Source of the DNA: Octopus bimaculoides
Taxonomy: Eukaryota
Direction: 5' to 3'
Assembly (NCBI RefSeq): GCF_001194135.2
Contig: NC_068992.1
Span: forward strand, 52,211,287 to 52,275,286
Length of the DNA stretch: 64,000 nucleotides
The translations under genes were made by a program, and so were the position numbers. The notes beneath the pieces are model-generated. The model made no database searches, was not told the origin of the DNA, and was given only the letters and a program-made list of their open reading frames with translations. Shown in pieces: positions 12,831 to 25,039 of this stretch. Positions within the stretch are counted from its first letter, which is position 1. Each line of letters opens with the position of its first letter.

Positions 12831-14554
12831 TTGTGGTCTTAGTAAACTATTAGTAAATTGGCAACATGAGAGTAAGTTCAAATCATATTTCTTAACCATT
12901 TAAATTGTTTTTATACATCATTTTTCTCAAGAATCTCAGGGAAGACTTCATTATTAGTCAAACCATCCTTGTCTGTAACATCTCTTTCTATTTAATGGTT
13001 TCACAAATTGTTATGCATTAGTTTTCTTAGATACAAATAATATAAGAATTAATAAATGAATCTAAATACATTCCTCGTGGCTTAAAGATATCAGGGATAT
13101 TAGAGCTAACGTCACTTCTAAAGTGTTACAATCAATAATACAGTTATCACTCTTGTATTCTTTCTTATGCAAAGGGCTTTTAGCCATTACAATTGTGAGG
13201 CTAAATGTATTTACATACACTAAATATGGTACAAAGTCTCAACAAAACATCAGACTTACTATCTGAAATCAACCTTTAATTAACTAACTACTGTTCTTCT
13301 CCAACTCACAATTTTCTCTCTCGCTCTCTAGAAACAAATACATTAAAAAAAAAAAAGATAGTTTCTTTTGCTAAACATTTCATTCATCTAGTCTATATAT
13401 GTGCAACAATGAACAAGTAGAAACACCAAGAAAAACTAAGGCCTCCCATTGTTCATCCAACACACCACCATTGGCAATTATTTGCTGAATTAATGTCAGT
13501 GAAAGCATACAATGTATGAAGCGAGTACCAATACATAAATAACTAAAAATACATCATCAATTTCTTTGAGAGCTTTAAATGAGATGAACAAAAGATGCCT
13601 AATCTTGCTGAAGTCTGTTGAGTTTCAATTATAGAAAGAAAGATTGTCTGCAACTTATTAAATAGAACTTTGAACTGATTAATAAAGGTCCTTTTTACTA
13701 TTTATTACTGACACACCTAGTGAAACATATACAAACAACACATACATACACACATACAATTAAAAAAAACCTGTAGCAATACTAACTTTTTTCTTTTGTA
13801 GAATACAACCAATGATTTCTTTTCCTTTCATTCTTTTTCCTTGTTATATAATTTTTCCTTGTATTTCTTCTTTTTTTTTTTGGATCACCTATAATATTGA
13901 AAAAAAAGTATCCAACTAATTAGATTGCTTTATTGTCTTTCTCAGGTTTTGCCAGGAATTTCCATGGTTAGAAGGGTAATATTTCATTCTTAATTTCCTC
14001 CTCATTCATTCTTTTCATGAATACCATGAGTAAAAATTCTGTTATGGTTACTTTTATAATTCAATACAATTATTTTACTATATTTTCATTCCTTTATTTT
14101 ATCTTAAGTATTATTTGGTGTATGAAGGGACAAGTCCATGGTTTCATAATATAATACTTATAAATATTTAATGCCTGCATATTACAAGAAATTCAATTCT
14201 CATTTACACTTCAAAACTTTTCACGGTCATCATATATGTGTGTGTGTGTGTGTTTAAATTATAACTAAAGAGAGAAATATACTATGATAAAAGGTATTTA
14301 TCATTGGATATTCATTTCTGATGACAATTATTTCACAGCTTAACAAATATGTAGGCACAGGCATGGTTCTGTGGTAGGAAGCATGCTTCCCAACCACATG
14401 GTCCCATGAAAGGACTGTCTCATTAAATTGACCACATACCATCACTTTATTGTGCTGCTACAGTATAAATCTCTCTGAGAGATATAGAAATGTATTATTT
14501 CTATATATATGCGATAGATAATATATCTATTTTTCTATCATGTATATATGATGG

Positions 14555-14556
<2 letters not shown>

Positions 14557-14620
<64 letters not shown>
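14557..14620. repeat. (TA)n microsatellite
   Basis: About 32 perfect TA units. Confidence 0.95.
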
Positions 14621-14629
<9 letters not shown>

Positions 14630-14819
14630 ACATAAACGTGCATATATGTATGTATTGCCTTGAAGTAGTGTCATTCCATTAAAACTTGTCCAGTTTATGG
14701 GAAAATATTACCTTCTCTGGAAATAAGTATTGGTGACAAAAAGCATGGCTGGTTGTAGAAAACCTGTCTCTGCACAATTTCATCTGGTTCATATGGCGTG
14801 GGCTTCAAAATGGTGATGA

Positions 14820-15063
14820 ATATGGCAAAACTGATGATGATGAGGAGGAGGAGGAGGACGATAGTGGTGGCAATGGTGGCAGTGGTACGACGGTGGTAGT
14901 TGTGCTGGTGATGATGGTGGTGGTGGTGATGCTGCTGGTGCTAGTGCTGATGCTGGTCACAGTGGTTAGGATGATGATGATGGTGATGATGACGGTGATG
15001 ATGAAGTGGAGGAAGAGTTGGAAGATAATCCTGATGTTGATAATGCTGAGGATGGTGGTATTG
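14820..15063. repeat. Mixed GAT/GGT/GAG trinucleotide low-complexity tract
   Basis: Visible imperfect trinucleotide runs. Confidence 0.9.
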
Positions 15064-15680
15064 AATGGATTATAAGAAAAACATATAAATAATATAAACA
15101 TTCTTAGAGTGTAAGAACTTTGGCAGATTCTGTACAAATATAGGAAGGAAACATTGATACTTACAGAAAACTGATACTTGATAAAAATGGATGTATTGTG
15201 CAGATTCTGAAGATAGAAACCTATATGGTATATAAGATACATACTACTTCTCCAAGTGTTGCCCAGAAAATATGATGATTAACATAAAATATATCAAAGA
15301 ATGTGAGAGCAGCTGCTAATATATTTACAATATTTCCAATTCCTTGCAATGCAAGATGTATTTTTATTTCTTTTTGGCATGGTTTGGTACCATAGCATTA
15401 TCACTGCTTGCACAAATCACATACAGAAATATGAAGATGCAATCACACACAGACACATCTGCATAAATCTATGTAGTTTGGATGTGTGGTGTCTATGTGT
15501 GTACCTATATATATATATATATATATATATATTGTATGTCTGTAAATACACATGGCATGCATACAGATACAAACACACACATGATACATGATAGAAGTAA
15601 ATAGATACCCTTATAATTGTCAAAGTTTATATATGAAATTATACATTCAAATTATTTATTAATTATTATAATGTGAATAT

Positions 15681-15828
15681 CTAACATTTTCTAGACATGC
15701 CCTTTGCATTTTTCAATGCAAGGACCCTATTAGGCATACTGCTGATCAGAGAACTAATATACTCTTGAGGAATTTCTTGCCAGATTTCATGGAGTAATCT
15801 CAAAAGATCTGGCTTTGAGGATGCTTTC
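15681..15828 (-). pseudogene. Tc1-type transposase C-terminal fragment
   Basis: Translation KPDLLRLLHEIWQEIPQEYISSLISSMPNRVLALKNAKGMSRKC* fits the Tc1 C-terminal W..I....LI.SMP.R....AKG motif. Confidence 0.7.
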
Positions 15829-16478
15829 TAAGGCTTTGTGGAAAGAAGTAAGGAGACATCACATGTCCTTCATTGCTGACAACCCCTAAAACTATGACAA
15901 TTGCAGGAAATTTTGTTTGCATAACACTTGGAACTTCAGAAGGGTCTGAACATAAGCATCTGTCATTTAATCTGTTAACTTTTTGATCTTGGTTGAAGTT
16001 TTTCTCCTTTGAAGAAAACCAAATCAAATCTTCTTCTGCTGGATTTTTCAGTTTCTTTAAGAGCCCTTTAGATCTGATGTAGTGATTTTCTTCAGCTTTT
16101 TCAGACAAATTTACCTTTCCTCATCATATAAGTCTTATATCTGATGTTTTCATGGACAACATTTCTGACTGTTCCTTCTCACACATGGAGATCTTTTGTA
16201 ATTGACTTCATGGACATTCTAGGATTGTAATCAATGGTCTGTTGAACTCGCTGAATAAATTCAAGTGTTCTGATGATTTCAGAGTGTTTAGAATGCTTTT
16301 CATGCTTTGATACTGGTGATATATTTCCATCTTCAGTCTCTAGCTCCTTACAAAGTTTGTAGACAAACGTTCTGGCAACATATTAAAATTGAGATATTTC
16401 TAAATCGCTATGCTCAGCTTTTATAACAACAATAACAGCATGCCTCTTCATTTCTTGAGTAAGCTGAAGGTCTGCCAT
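15829..16478 (-). pseudogene. maT/DD37D-like (Tc1/mariner superfamily) transposase N-terminal fragment
   Basis: MADLQLTQEMKRHAVIV..; HTH-like RTLEFIQRVQQTIDYNPRMSMKSITKDLHV; WFSSKEKNFNQDQKVNRLNDR..TKFPAIVIVLGVVSNEGHVMSPYFFPQ; stops and frameshift. Confidence 0.75.
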
Positions 16479-16612
16479 TATTATTTTCTGAAACAAATAT
16501 TATACAGAGTTATACAAAAGGTAGCAATCACCCTAAAAATGTATGTCTTCAAATACCTTACGCAGCCAGTATGTATTTATATATATAAGAAATTAAATTG
16601 ATGAGAAGACAT

Positions 16613-16790
16613 TAGGAAATTATGTCACAAACTTCATTACCTTACAGTTGTTTCTGCTATGAGATGTGATGGGCTCATAGTTGAGAGCTTGGTAATCTAT
16701 AGTATGATACACAACCACTCAAGTATGAGTGCATTATATCTTATAGCAGAAACGGCTGTAAACTAATGAAGTTTATGACATAATTTCCTA
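16613..16790. repeat. Fold-back inverted repeat, arms about 75 bp, loop about 28 nt
   Basis: TAGGAAATTATGTCACAAACTTCATTA..CTCATAGTTGAG versus CTCAAGTATGAG..TAATGAAGTTTATGACATAATTTCCTA. Confidence 0.85.
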
Positions 16791-16910
16791 TTTCCTTGTC
16801 CTTTATTCAATCTCTTATTATTGCCCTGTACTCAACTGATAGTTTTTTTAATGAACCATATGCATATTAAGATTTAACTCAAGGTTATTGATATCGATAT
16901 GCAAAGGTGA

Positions 16911-16945
<35 letters not shown>

Positions 16946-17819
16946 CAACATATGTAGATATATACACATACACACATACAGATGTTGATGCATACAGGAA
17001 TACACATAACAATGATATTACCATTTACAAATATAGACATGCACACAACCTGTGTTGTAGACAGTTTATTAGATATCAGTAAACATGTAGAATGAATAGG
17101 CCACAAAGTGAGTGTTTAGTTAATTTGCAACTATGTAAATGGTAGAGGGAGAACTAAAACTTTGACTATTGATTATTGTAGTCTGAATTAATGAGATACT
17201 ATTTGTTCATATTGGAAATCAATATTAATATTGAAATCAATCTAAACATCATGTGCATAATTTGAATGAAAAGCTATTCTCTATCTTGCCAATAGCTCCA
17301 CACTTCCATCTGCAAGTTTTTAACTCTTACTTCGGCAGTTTATGTGCATAAATTGCATTACTGAGAAAGAAATGAAACATTCTTGAAACATTTCTGTTAT
17401 TTAAATAAGCTGTTGATTCTTTGATGATGGCCAAGTTTATTATGAAAGCAAATCAACGAAGTTCTATGATGAAAGGCGATCAATAAGGACTGAAAATATT
17501 TGAGCAAATGATAATAGAATTGTCTTGTCTAATAATGTCAAATAGCGCCTTACCTGTAAGTTGAATAGTTTTGTACAAAGATTTATATATATTTAGTGAT
17601 AAATATGCCTACGTATATTCAATCATATGTAGCTCTGCTTACAAGAATAACATGAACGTATAATACATTATTATTGCAAAGGCTGAGCTATCATTTGAGA
17701 TACAAGGTAAATTGCAAGCTGTGCAATGCATCAAGATATTCTTTGATTAGCCGATATTAGCTGATATAAGCTGATATGTTGTATTGCATATAAAGATAGA
17801 AAACACACCCTATCCACTT

Positions 17820-17935
17820 GGAATATGGCCTAGTGGTTATAGTGTTTTGATCCTGACCATAAGATAGTAGATTCAATTCCTAGATCAGGAGGGGTGTTTT
17901 ATCCTTGAGCAAGGCTCTTCATTTCTTCAAGTTGT
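17820..17935 (+). mobile_element. SINE family D, 5' fragment
   Basis: TGGCCTAGTGGTTA..GATTCAATTCCT..ATCCTTGAGCAAGGC. Confidence 0.6.
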
Positions 17936-18293
17936 GTATTGGTACAGCTTTCTCCATTCTGAGAGTATCCTTCTAGAACAAGGATATTGGGTGCTAGCAG
18001 AGTGTCTATGTCAACTTATGAGTACATAGGCGTCTAAAATATTTAGCATGTTATCTAGTCATACTTAATCTCATGTGATGCGTTGTAGCCCAGATGCAAT
18101 GGAACTACTCAAGATTCTGAATCTGTGAGCTTAGGTTTTGGGGAGATGGTGACAGACATTAGTAAGAGATAGGAGAGTATTGTAGTTCGCTTGAAGCATT
18201 GTGTATTGTTTGTAAAGAATAAGAAGTTTAGAATGGTACAACAATGCACTATAAAACAAAAAATGGACTATACACCTGTTGTAATTTGGTTAT

Positions 18294-18335
18294 CTATAGT
18301 CCGATGATATTTTGGAATTACAATTCCTTCTTCAG
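18294..18335 (-). ncRNA. Degenerate hammerhead-like motif (probably Penelope-like element derived)
   Basis: Minus strand CTGAAGA-A-GGAAT/TGTA/ATTCC-AAAA (G12 lost)-TATCATC; homologous to 21411-21460. Confidence 0.25.
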
Positions 18336-18797
18336 ATCTTCTTAGTTGGAGTCTCTGCTATTAGTAAGAGAATTATTTCAGTTACTGAGATGTATTTTAT
18401 GAAACATGTTTAATCAGAAGTAAAATCAGTGCTCATGAACCTTTATATGATCTTAACAACTGGTAGGATAGAGTGGGGTTTCCTTGGCAAGTTCCAAACT
18501 TCAAAGCTTAGATTTGGACTCTGAAGATTTGAAACATAAAGGTTTGAAAGAAATGCCATTCGGATCTAGTCTGATGATGTTACAGTTCCACCAATTAGCT
18601 GCTTTTGAATTGTCCTTTTTTAATCGACCCTGAAAAAATGAAAGGGAAAGTTGACCATGGCAGTATTTGAACTAAGGGTGCAATGACTCTGAACAAATGA
18701 TGCAAAGCAGTTCCTAATTCATAATTCACTTTAAGACAGGAAGTTTATATCATAGAACCATGGATGGTCATGGACTGCTTGGTATCAAAAGTTCTGA

Positions 18798-19017
18798 CCC
18801 TTTTGCTACCATACATCTGAAGAAACACACTGACTTCATTTCAATTAATTTTTGAAATAATAAAGAAATTACTAAAATAACTTTGTCGTTATCAAGCTGG
18901 TGCTTAGACAATTATTAATATGGAATTATAATGGAAGGTTTTAGTTCAGACAACTTTAAAACATGAATTTTAATCATAGAACCAGAGACAGTCTCAAATG
19001 AGTTGATATCAAAAGAG
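18798..19017. mobile_element. TTAA-type MITE family 2
   Basis: Ends CCCTTTTGCTACC and GATATCAAAAGAG|TTAA are near-inverted; left TTAA degenerate. Confidence 0.55.
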
Positions 19018-19689
19018 TTAATCAGATACAGAGAAAATTCATGGCTGTTAAAATGACTCAGGACACTCCACAGATCAATTTTTTTTCTGATATACCATGC
19101 CACCTCTTCCTCTTCCTCCTCAGCCTAATAAAGGCCAATACAGTGAACTCAAATATGCAGCAGTTTATCTGCTGAAGTGCAGTCAGGCAATCATCAGGAT
19201 ATGTTATTTTCTTTTCCACTGTAGTTTAGTTTTTCCATGTCTTTGCTTGTGACAGTGAACTTGACAGAAATGTCAATATAGACATTAATTTCCTTTTATT
19301 TTCTACCATATATATTATTCAAGAATGTTTGTCCAAAAGTCTGGAATACGCAGATGATTGATAAACTAACAATGTGTCATTTAAAGATCATCTAACCTTT
19401 GAAATATTAATCTACAAGATATTTTATTGTGCAGACAGTCTCTATCATAATAGTTTCTAATTTAGGCACAAGGCCAGCAATTTTCGGAAAAGGAGTTTAG
19501 TCAGTAAAATTGACCCCAGTGTTTGACTTGTATTATAATTTCATTCACCTTGAAATAATGAAAGGTACAATTAACTTCAAAGGGATTTCAACACAGAATG
19601 TAATGAAGAAATACGATTAAACTACATCCTCCAATGATGAAATAATTTCTTCATTTTAATTTCTTCATTTTAATCTAATTATTTCTGAC

Positions 19690-20226
19690 TTAGGTAAAAA
19701 GTCAGTAAGTTTGAGTGGAGGAGTTAGTCTACACCAGTAGTTCTCAACCATTTTTTTATCTATGGACTCCTTTGATTATTATTTTGTTCTGATGGACCCC
19801 CTTAGCCATTTGTTGCATAAAAACTAGTTTAATAGATGATTCCTTCAAAATTCTTATTTTGTTTATCATGCACTCACATGTATAGGTTGAGCTATGTAAA
19901 ACAGAGAAAGAAACCAAGCTGTTCCGTGCAATATATGCATCTAGATCAAAATATTTTCGTAGACCCTTAAAATACTACTGTGGATCCAATTTATTATTTT
20001 GCTTGTGTGAACCCACAAAATTCTTATATGAACCCCCAAGAGGTCAAATGGACCCAGGTTGAGAACGACTGGTCTACACCATAAACTCCATTACTTGAAT
20101 GGAACTTTATTTTATTCACCCTGACAGGGTGAATGGCAAAACTGATCTTCATAAGAATATAAAGAACTGGACAAAATGCTACAAAAATCTTTCTCAAATG
20201 CTCTAACAATTCTGCAACTCACAGCC
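19690..20226 (-). mobile_element. Old SINE family C copy split by a hAT MITE
   Basis: Family C-like sequence continues on both sides of 19735-20071. Confidence 0.5.
19735..20071. mobile_element. hAT (Charlie/Buster-like) MITE, 337 bp
   Basis: TIRs CAGTAGTTCTCAACC / GGTTGAGAACGACTG; perfect 8-bp TSD GTCTACAC at 19727-34 and 20072-79. Confidence 0.9.
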
Positions 20227-20229
20227 TAA

Positions 20230-20510
20230 GTCTTTGCCTTTCTTCCTCTCGGGGTCGATAAATTAAATACCAGTTGTGTACTAGGTCAATCTAATTAAAT
20301 GGCCCCCTCCCCCAAAATTTCAGGCCTTGTGCCTAGAGTAGAAAAGAAACGTTAGCATGCTGGGTGAAATGCTTAGCAGTATTTCATCTGTCTTTACGTT
20401 CTGAGTTCAAATTCCATCGAGGTCGACTTTGCCTTTCGTCCTCTCGGGGGTCGATAAATTAAATACCAGTTGTGTACTGGAGTCAATCTAATTGAGTAGA
20501 AAAGAATATC
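20230..20510 (+). mobile_element. SINE family C head-to-tail dimer
   Basis: TTTGCCTTTC.TCCTCTCGGGG..GTCGATAAATTAAATACCAGTTGTGTACT occurs twice; junction AAGAAAC|GTTAGCA. Confidence 0.85.
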
Positions 20511-20754
20511 AACATAAACTCAACTTCTTGATTTTTCAACTAAAGCAGTAGAAATCTGGACATGTCAAACATACAATTGTTTAAAACTCTGTTTAAATAT
20601 AGAAGCATTGAAATTCCAGTCAGCATTATTGCAAAACTATCAACATTCTAGCTCTAAATATCTGACATATTCTGTGGTCTTTGGTCTTTGGTCTTCTTTC
20701 CATTATAAAGTTGTACTGATTATTCCAACATGAGTGGAATAAAACAAGTCTTTT

Positions 20755-21309
20755 GTCTTTTATCTTTTACTTGTTTCAGTCATAAGACCACAGCCATGCT
20801 GGAGCACTTTCTTGAAGAATTTCAGTTGAACAGATCGACCCCAATACTATTTTTATTTTTGCTAGCCTGGTAATTATTCTATCAGTCTTTTTTGCTGAAT
20901 TGCTATGTTACACTGACGTAAACACACCAATACCAGTTGCGAAGCAGTGGTGGAGGGACAAAAGCAGACACAAAGACACACATCATCATCATCATCATCG
21001 TTTAACGTCCGCTTTCCATGCTAGCATGGGTTGGACATATAAATATATATATATATGTGTATGTGTGTGTGTGTCTATGTATGTGTGTCTATGTATGTGT
21101 GCATGTCTGTATATATATATATATATACATACATGATGTACCCGGTGCNNNNNNNNNNCGATGATGATGATGATGATGATGATGATGGGTTTCTTTCAGT
21201 TTCCATCTACCAAATTCATTCATAAGACTTTGGTTCGTCCAAGGCTATAGGTGGGACTGAACCTGAAATCATGTGGTTGGGAATCAAACATCATACATCA
21301 TAGCCATTC
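20755..21309 (-). mobile_element. SINE family B copy with an RTE 3' fragment in its internal microsatellite
   Basis: 3' half 20755-20980, 5' half 21184-21309; family A end CATCATCATCGTTTAACGTCCGCTTTCC at about 20982-21037. Confidence 0.7.
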
Positions 21310-21410
21310 TGATTCTGAAAATAAAATTCGTTTTATAAAATATAATGTGTCTTGAATGACACAACAATAATAACAACAATGAACTATAATAACTGTTATA
21401 ATTTAATCAT

Positions 21411-21460
21411 CCATAGTCTGATATAATATTTCGGAATATAAAAATTCTGTCTTCAGACAA
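21411..21460 (-). ncRNA. Hammerhead-like motif, stem I weak
   Basis: Minus strand CTGAAGA-C-AGAAT/TTTTAT/ATTCC-GAAA-TAT-T-ATA-TC; intact core and stem III, poor stem I. Confidence 0.35.
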
Positions 21461-21854
21461 CCTTAGGAATTGATTGAGTCACTGCTATACTTGAACAAGA
21501 TGAGGACAAATATTCATCAAATGTAAATAATGTAAATAATGTACATAATGTACATAATTCCTCATCTCTTAAATATAGAACTATAATACAGAATGCTTCA
21601 AGCAAACTACAATACTCTTCGTTTTGTAAAATTTCAATTTTTTAATACTGATTGCTTATAAGAATTTTCCACTTTCCTTTTCTGGTCATAAACTGAAAGA
21701 ATGCCAATAAGAAAATATATTTTACCATGTTTGTACGATTTATGAGCAAGAGTTTTAAGAAACTGAAATAGTAAATCATCTTACAGCCAGTCACTCTTAT
21801 CTCTTTGATAACAAATTAACTGCCGAGTGCAATACAAATAGATTTTAAAGTGGG

Positions 21855-22010
21855 GCAAAGGTATGGCTATGTGGTTAAAATGTTTACTTCCCAACCATAT
21901 ATGGTTTTGGGTTAAGACCATCAGTGTGATAACTTGGGGGAAATGTCTTCTGTTATAGCTCGAGGCCAACCAAAACCTTTTTGAATGGATTTGGTAGATG
22001 AAAAAAAACT
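21855..22010 (+). mobile_element. SINE family B, 5' half
   Basis: GTATGGCTATGTGGTTAA..CCCAACCATAT..GGATTTGGTAGATG. Confidence 0.7.
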
Positions 22011-23219
22011 CATTGTACATGTGTATGTATGTGTGTGCGTGTGAGTGTATATATACATATATGTAAAATAGACATATATGCACAAGTCAGATGGAGTGCC
22101 TCGTGCATATATTGTCGCTCTAGGCTATAATTTCAGGCATTGTACCTATAGTAGAAAGGGTTATTAGTATCAATTCTGAAATTCTTTCTCCTGTAAGTTT
22201 CCTAAATTCGTATGGTTGATTGTCACATGACACATGTACATTTAATGTACCAATCAAAAGAAGTCAAAGATGAGGAGAGAATAGTTAGAAACCAAGAACA
22301 ATACTGAAGAAATATTGCTAAACTAAGACAATTCTAAGCATCTAGAAAGAAGAGAAAAGAATGGATTTCTCATATTATATCAACCCAAAGCATAGCCATA
22401 AGTCTACACACATTAAGTGTCACACTAGCAAGATGGGTTCTGAAGGAAGAAAAACTACACTTGTAACTCAATATGGATGCTTATATTGCATAAAATCATA
22501 GGTTTTCAAGCCCAAACGGTTATGCTGTTATATTTGATCTCATGCATCATGTTTGGCCAACAGTTTCAGTTGTTTCCCTTGTATTACATAAAGCATAAAC
22601 ACAATATTTACAAAGCCAGGTCACATCTCAGAATACACACAAACTTATATAAACTTTGTCAATGTAAAGTTATACCAGGATATAAAAACGGAGAAAATGA
22701 AACAAAACAAATTATATAAATAAAACACAGTAGTTGTTTTTTAAGAGAGTTCTTTGTACGTATGTATGTATGTATGTATGTATGTATGTATGTATGTATG
22801 TATGCATGCATGCATGTATGAATGTAGGTACTATGTGTGTTTCTATGCATGTATGTTTGTATGTATGCAGATATGTACATATGTGTATGTAAAGATATAC
22901 AAACATATATACAAACATATATTCATATATATATAAATACACACACACATATGGAGGTACCTATACATATACTATATAAGTGTGTATTCATTTATGTGGG
23001 TGTATATGTGTGTATGTATGAATATATATANNNNNNNNNNTATATATATAGTATATGTATGTGTCTGTATATAAATATGTAATACATATATGTATGTATA
23101 CATTTACACATACACACATATATATATATACATATACATAGACATATATACATTTACATATACATATATACATAATATACATATACATATATGCATATAC
23201 ATATACATATACAAGTTTG

Positions 23220-23269
<50 letters not shown>

Positions 23270-23808
23270 CACACATATATATACACATATATATATGCAT
23301 ATACATACATATATGTATATGTATATCAGTATTAACCTAACAGCAAATATAAACATAACAGAAGACAAATATCTAAATCAAATTGAAAATTCTATCTCAG
23401 GTGTTGATTGTCGTTACGAATCTATCACAGGAAATGATGTTGAACAACTTTGTTTGCAGCAAATGCAACTTGGCTTTTGTTTGCACATGTCTAATATTTT
23501 CATTCCAACAGTCAAGCACTCATTTTACATTGATTTTTCACCTTTCCATATTATTTAAGCTCAAATAACTTTCCAATAGAAACAAACATCCCATTTATTT
23601 TTCTTGCTTTCAAGCATTTATGGGGAAATTTTAATATGGTTTCATTCCCCCATTTTCATTTGTTGTAGCTGTAGTTTTTGTTGTTGTTTTTTGTTGTTGT
23701 TGTTGTTGTTGTTATTGTTGTTGTTATGCTGGTCACATTACTGAGCTTCCTGACTTATTTATCTATTTAGCTTAAAACATATGTGCATGTTTTCAAGGAA
23801 AAAAAAAT

Positions 23809-23859
<51 letters not shown>

Positions 23860-24720
23860 TCAGACACATAAAACGTGTGTGTGTATGTGTGAGTGTGAAT
23901 GTATATATATNNNNNNNNNNNNNNNNNNNNNNNNNNNNNNNNNNNNNNNNNNNNNNNNNNNNNNNNNNNNNNNNNNNNNNNNNNNNNNNNNNNNNNNNNN
24001 NNNNNNNNNNNNNNNNNNNNNNNNNNNNNNNNNNNNNNNNNNNNNNNNNNNNNNNNNNNNNNNNNNNNNNNNNNNNNNNNNNNNNNNNNNNNNNNNNNNN
24101 NNNNNNNNNNNNNNNNNNNNNNNNNNNNNNNNNNNNNNNNNNNNNNNNNNNNNNNNNNNNNNNNNNNNNNNNNNNNNNNNNNNNNNNNNNNNNNNNNNNN
24201 NNNNNNNNNNNNNNNNNNNNNNNNNNNNNNNNNNNNNNNNNNNNNNNNNNNNNNNNNNNNNNNNNNNNNNNNNNNNNNNNNNNNNNNNNNNNNNNNNNNN
24301 NNNNNNNNNNNNNNNNNNNNNNNNNNNNNNNNNNNNNNNNNNNNNNNNNNNNNNNNNNNNNNNNNNNNNNNNNNNNNNNNNNNNNNNNNNNNNNNNNNNN
24401 NNNNNNNNNNNNNNNNNNNNNNNNNNNNNNNNNNNNNNNNNNNNNNNNNNNNNNNNNNNNNNNNNNNNNNNNNNNNNNNNNNNNNNNNNNNNNNNNNNNN
24501 NNNNNNNNTATATATATATATATGGATGGATGTGTATATCTATATCTATATGTATAAAATAACATAGACAGCTATTCACAATATATATATATATATATAT
24601 ATATATAGATATGAACACACACACACACAAACACATACACACACATACGCACATGTACATGTATATATTATCATTAATGCATATATGTTTATAATATTTA
24701 TTTATGTGTGTAAATTTATA

Positions 24721-25012
24721 TTCTTTTATTCTTTTACATGTTTCAGTCATTTGACTTTGGCCATGCTAGAGCACTACCCTAGTCGAAGAAATTGACTGTC
24801 AAGCGATGGTAGGCGGACAAACACAGACCTCCACACACATAAATATATACATACATATAAATATACATGTTGGGCTTCTTTCAGTTTCCATCTACAAATC
24901 CACTCACAAGGCTTTGGTTGGCTGGAGGATATAGTAGAAGACACTTGCCCAAGTCACCACACAGTAAGATGTAACCCAGAAGCATGCTTCTTACCACAAA
25001 GCCATGCCTGTA
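24721..25012 (-). mobile_element. SINE family B (internally deleted)
   Basis: CTTTTACATGTTTCAGTCATTTGAC end and GACACTTGCCCAAG..CTTACCACAAAGCCATGCCTG head. Confidence 0.8.
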
Positions 25013-25039
25013 CCTATATATATATCATTATCAGCAGTA

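Noticed and set aside
15200-15232. CTGAAGA-TA-GAAA-CCTATATGG-TA (similar case at about 16315-16335, minus)
   Set aside because: No stem II and no stem I; the second lies inside transposase coding sequence
14805-15242. 145-aa Ser/Thr/Ile-rich ORF
   Set aside because: Derives from a trinucleotide low-complexity tract
23217-23558. 113-aa ORF with a protein-like 3' half
   Set aside because: Starts in a microsatellite; no motif or convincing splice pair
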